Shown here in pieces: positions 45,720-47,935 of a DNA stretch of 47,935 bases. The stretch's first letter is position 1. Every line of letters starts with the position of its first letter. The position numbers and the translations under genes are program-made. The notes under the pieces were generated by a model. The model did no database searches. It saw nothing but the letters and a program-made list of their open reading frames with translations, and was not told where the DNA came from. This stretch comes from a virus. The stretch lies in the UHGV virus genome UHGV-0184477; one strand, 5' to 3'.

Positions 45720-46807
45720 TGGAAAAGATTATTTTTACCAAAGATTTGGTAGCCAACTCCGCAGTAGTGGCTGACCAGTGGAAACATCTGACCATCGACC
45801 GTAAGGTGTTCTGCAACGCAGAAGCTGAACTGGCGAAAACATACGGCGTGAACGCCACCGCACTGGTAACGAAAGACTACTGGCGCGAAGTGGATGACGT
45901 GACCACCCGTGTATTCCGCAACGAGTCCGGCATGGACATGATGGCCGACCTGATGACGCTGGCGACCAACATCAACATCGGCAAGACCGTGGCAATTAGC
46001 CGCATGGCCTCCGATGCTGGTAAGGTTGTGCGCACCATCTCCGGGCAGGAGCCTGAAGACCTGGATAAAACCCGCTATTCCTACAGCGGCGATGTAATCC
46101 CGATCTTCAAAACAGGTTATGGCCGCGAGTGGCGCGAGCTGCTGGGTATGCAGTCTGAAGGGTTCGACCCGCTGATTGATGACCAGGAAAGCACCACCTT
46201 CAACCTGCGCGCAGACATGGCGGATTATCTGCTGGTCGGCGATGCAAGCCTGAACGTAAACGGTGTTTATACTGCTTACGGCATCACCAACCACCCGAAC
46301 ACCGTGCAGCTTAACCTGAGTGCCTCCGGTGCTGGAGCGCTGAACATCGACCTGCAAACTGCAACCCCTGATGAAATCGTTAAGTTCTTCAACCAGGATT
46401 TCCAGGCTGTTCTGGATGCGCAGAACGTGTTCGAGCCGGTTACTCTGTGGGTTTCTCCGTCTGTGCGCCGTTCCTTCAGCCGTCCGTACTCCAACGCGGC
46501 AGGCTTCAAAGGCGGCACCATTGAGGATTATATCCTCGCATTCGGCAAAACAGGCAACGTTGGCCGCATCGCGTCTATCGGCACCAACTTCAAACTGACC
46601 GGGAACCATTTCGTCGGCTATGTGAAGAATGCGCTGTATATTCGCCCTCGCGTCGCTCAGCCGGTATCTACCTATGCAGAGCCGCGTACCACGCCTCACG
46701 CTAACTTTAACTTCCTGACCTGGGCTGCTATGGGCTTGCAAATTAAAAAGGATTTTGCGGGTCGAAGCAAGGTATTCAACGCATATGGAACACAAACCGC
46801 ATTGTAA
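45719..46807 (+). CDS. Major capsid protein (HK97 fold; 362 aa)
   Basis: Size, position, and a conserved C-terminal region (NALYIRPRVAQPVSTYAEP...) typical of HK97-like capsid proteins. Confidence 0.85.
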   Translation: MEKIIFTKDLVANSAVVADQWKHLTIDRKVFCNAEAELAKTYGVNATALVTKDYWREVDDVTTRVFRNESGMDMMADLMTLATNINIGKTVAISRMASDAGKVVRTISGQEPEDLDKTRYSYSGDVIPIFKTGYGREWRELLGMQSEGFDPLIDDQESTTFNLRADMADYLLVGDASLNVNGVYTAYGITNHPNTVQLNLSASGAGALNIDLQTATPDEIVKFFNQDFQAVLDAQNVFEPVTLWVSPSVRRSFSRPYSNAAGFKGGTIEDYILAFGKTGNVGRIASIGTNFKLTGNHFVGYVKNALYIRPRVAQPVSTYAEPRTTPHANFNFLTWAAMGLQIKKDFAGRSKVFNAYGTQTAL

Positions 46808-46809
46808 TT

Positions 46810-46842
46810 GATAAAGGGGGCGTTAGCCCCCTTCTTTATATC
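46810..46842. terminator. Bidirectional rho-independent terminator after the capsid gene
   Basis: AAAGGGGGCGTTAGCCCCCTTCTTTAT. Confidence 0.8.
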
Positions 46843-47620
46843 TTATCTCGCCATATACCATCCACTGAAGCATATAGCACCACTCCCATTCTGTAATATC
46901 ATCCCTTAGCCATCGACTGTTCTTTTTGAAGTTGTACTCGGCTGGCTCAGCTTTAAGGTTATGCAAGCAGTTAACTAGCTCTGGATACACAAGCCCATTC
47001 TTAACAAACCAGTTCACAGGAAGAATATGGTCAATATGCCAGGAGCTTCTATCATCAAAGCTCATCCATGGTTCCATAGTTGATTCTATATGGTTAATGA
47101 ATTCATCTTTTGAGTACCCAAGCACTTCATCCACTCTTGAATCAGAAAGAACAGTGCCGATCTTGATATCCATTCTTTCCAGTGACTTCCTGAGGAATAA
47201 ATGATGTGGGTTATCTATCATCCATTGCCTTACGTTTTGCAGTGCCTTTTTGTTGCCATTTTTTGAGTAATACCATTTACGATAAATTTTTCTTTTCTTC
47301 TCCAGGAACACCTCTCGCCTAGAAGGGTCAGACTTTACGCGGCTTATGTAGGCTTTGTCTTTTTCTGATTTCTTTTTCCTGTTCTCAGGTATGGAGTAAT
47401 ATTTATCATATGATTTTTTCCGGCTAATGCGCTCCCTTTCCTGACCCTCACTTGTTGCGCGCTTGGCTCTGGTGAACTCATACAAGCAGTCCTTGCATCT
47501 TCCTCCACCAGCAGTAAAAAAGGTGACACAACCACATTTTGCGCATGGTATTTCAGTGCAGACAAACTGCTTTAATCCCTGCTCTCTGGCTTTAATTGCC
47601 AGTTCTTTTCTTGTAGTCAT
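46823..47620 (-). CDS. HNH endonuclease with Zn-finger (265 aa)
   Basis: WHIDHILPVNWF (HNH) and CAKCGC...C..C. Start refined to MTTRKEL at 47620, which has an AAGGA Shine-Dalgarno sequence. The track ORF extends further at non-ATG codons. Confidence 0.7.
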   Translation of the reverse strand: MTTRKELAIKAREQGLKQFVCTEIPCAKCGCVTFFTAGGGRCKDCLYEFTRAKRATSEGQERERISRKKSYDKYYSIPENRKKKSEKDKAYISRVKSDPSRREVFLEKKRKIYRKWYYSKNGNKKALQNVRQWMIDNPHHLFLRKSLERMDIKIGTVLSDSRVDEVLGYSKDEFINHIESTMEPWMSFDDRSSWHIDHILPVNWFVKNGLVYPELVNCLHNLKAEPAEYNFKKNSRWLRDDITEWEWCYMLQWMVYGEIRYKEGG

Positions 47621-47654
47621 GGTGTAATCCTTGCTGATTTGGTTTTGCCATCTT

Positions 47655-47690
47655 AGCACATCTACATTTGATGTGTTATAATTAATCAAC
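47655..47690 (+). promoter_or_regulatory. Extended -10 promoter TGTTATAAT with an upstream ATCTACAT motif
   Basis: GCACATCTACATTTGATGTGTTATAAT lies upstream of the 64-aa gene at 47712. Confidence 0.4.
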
Positions 47691-47711
47691 ATCAAAATAG
47701 AGGTATTTATC

Positions 47712-47906
47712 ATGGCTAAATATGAAGTAATCGCCAGCGGAATCTTCGTCAAGGATAAAGACGGTCGCCTGCGTGAGCTTGCTATTGGCGATATGATTGA
47801 CGAATCAAGCCCGCACATTGAGTCAAAACTTCGCCCGGTTAGTGAGAAAATTCTGGAAGTTGCAACTCCGCAAGAATCGCAGCCAAAGGCAAAGAAAACC
47901 AAGTAA
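47712..47906 (+). CDS. Hypothetical protein (64 aa)
   Basis: AGAGGT Shine-Dalgarno sequence. Followed by a terminator. Confidence 0.45.
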   Translation: MAKYEVIASGIFVKDKDGRLRELAIGDMIDESSPHIESKLRPVSEKILEVATPQESQPKAKKTK

Positions 47907-47935
47907 AATAAACCCGCAAACAAGCGGGTTTTTTA
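47907..47935 (+). terminator. Rho-independent terminator
   Basis: AAACCCGCAAACAAGCGGGTTTTTTA. Confidence 0.8.

Noticed and set aside
45638-46795. 385-aa minus-strand ORF antisense to the major capsid gene, with similar long antisense ORFs inside the tape measure (8731-9413, 10080-10779), portal (35123-35713) and the 302-aa gene (37655-38281)
   Set aside because: These are long open frames antisense to highly expressed, compositionally biased genes (Ala/Gly-rich, GC-rich codons) and are a common artefact. They have no RBS or promoter context, and the sense-strand products have clear homology-like features.
1-47935. Prophage features (integrase, attL/attR, CI/Cro-type immunity region, host flanks)
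   Set aside because: None is found. All large ORFs are accounted for by virion, replication, recombination, lysis or HNH functions. The element is interpreted as a virulent phage genome rather than an integrated prophage.

Overview
The window reads as a near-complete, circularly permuted ~48 kb genome of a virulent T1-like siphovirus (Drexlerviridae-type architecture). I found no integrase, attachment site, tRNA or CRISPR array. The plus-strand late region runs from the terminase genes (small subunit ~30169, large subunit 30750-32174) through portal, head-morphogenesis protein, prohead protease/scaffold, decoration protein and major capsid (45719-46807). It then wraps across the window edge into head-tail connector genes, a major tail protein with a C-terminal Ig-like domain, tail chaperone, a 1093-aa tape measure, minor tail proteins, an NlpC/P60 tail-tip protein, an 826-aa fused I-like/J-like tail-tip protein and a 686-aa beta-helix tailspike (15196-17247). 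A minus-strand early module (17276-26366) encodes SSB, Erf-family annealing protein, PD-(D/E)XK exonuclease, VRR-NUC nuclease, an SF2 DExH helicase, a Zn-ribbon primase-like protein and a 551-aa replication ATPase-like protein. Five free-standing HNH endonucleases, two of them with AP2 domains, are scattered through the genome. Next to the replication genes is an iteron-type origin: inverted sets of GAGTTCCC/GGGAACTC 8-mers flanking a ~100 bp AT-rich stretch (26481-26747). A rightward early region with very acidic small proteins follows it. The lysis cassette (GH24 endolysin, 2-TM holin-like protein, i-spanin with overlapping o-spanin lipoprotein) lies at 38930-40067. The features that a standard T1-like backbone does not explain are: (i) a promoter/operator motif family (core GTAGATT / TTGACGTAGATTG) recurring in ~11 intergenic regions, frequently in divergent arrangements and once inside a perfect 9-bp inverted repeat; (ii) a translationally coupled four-gene antisense operon (37383-38831) between the head genes and the lysis cassette, encoding a secreted protein, a micro-ORF, a 302-aa Cys-rich protein and a Zn-ribbon peptide; (iii) a small-protein island between terL and portal (32203-34946) carrying six small predicted membrane proteins and two antisense genes with their own promoters; and (iv) antisense gene cassettes inserted in the tail-gene cluster. 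These are my best candidates for undescribed host-takeover, exclusion or anti-defence functions. All functional calls rest on reading the translated ORFs and motifs by eye; I ran no database searches.
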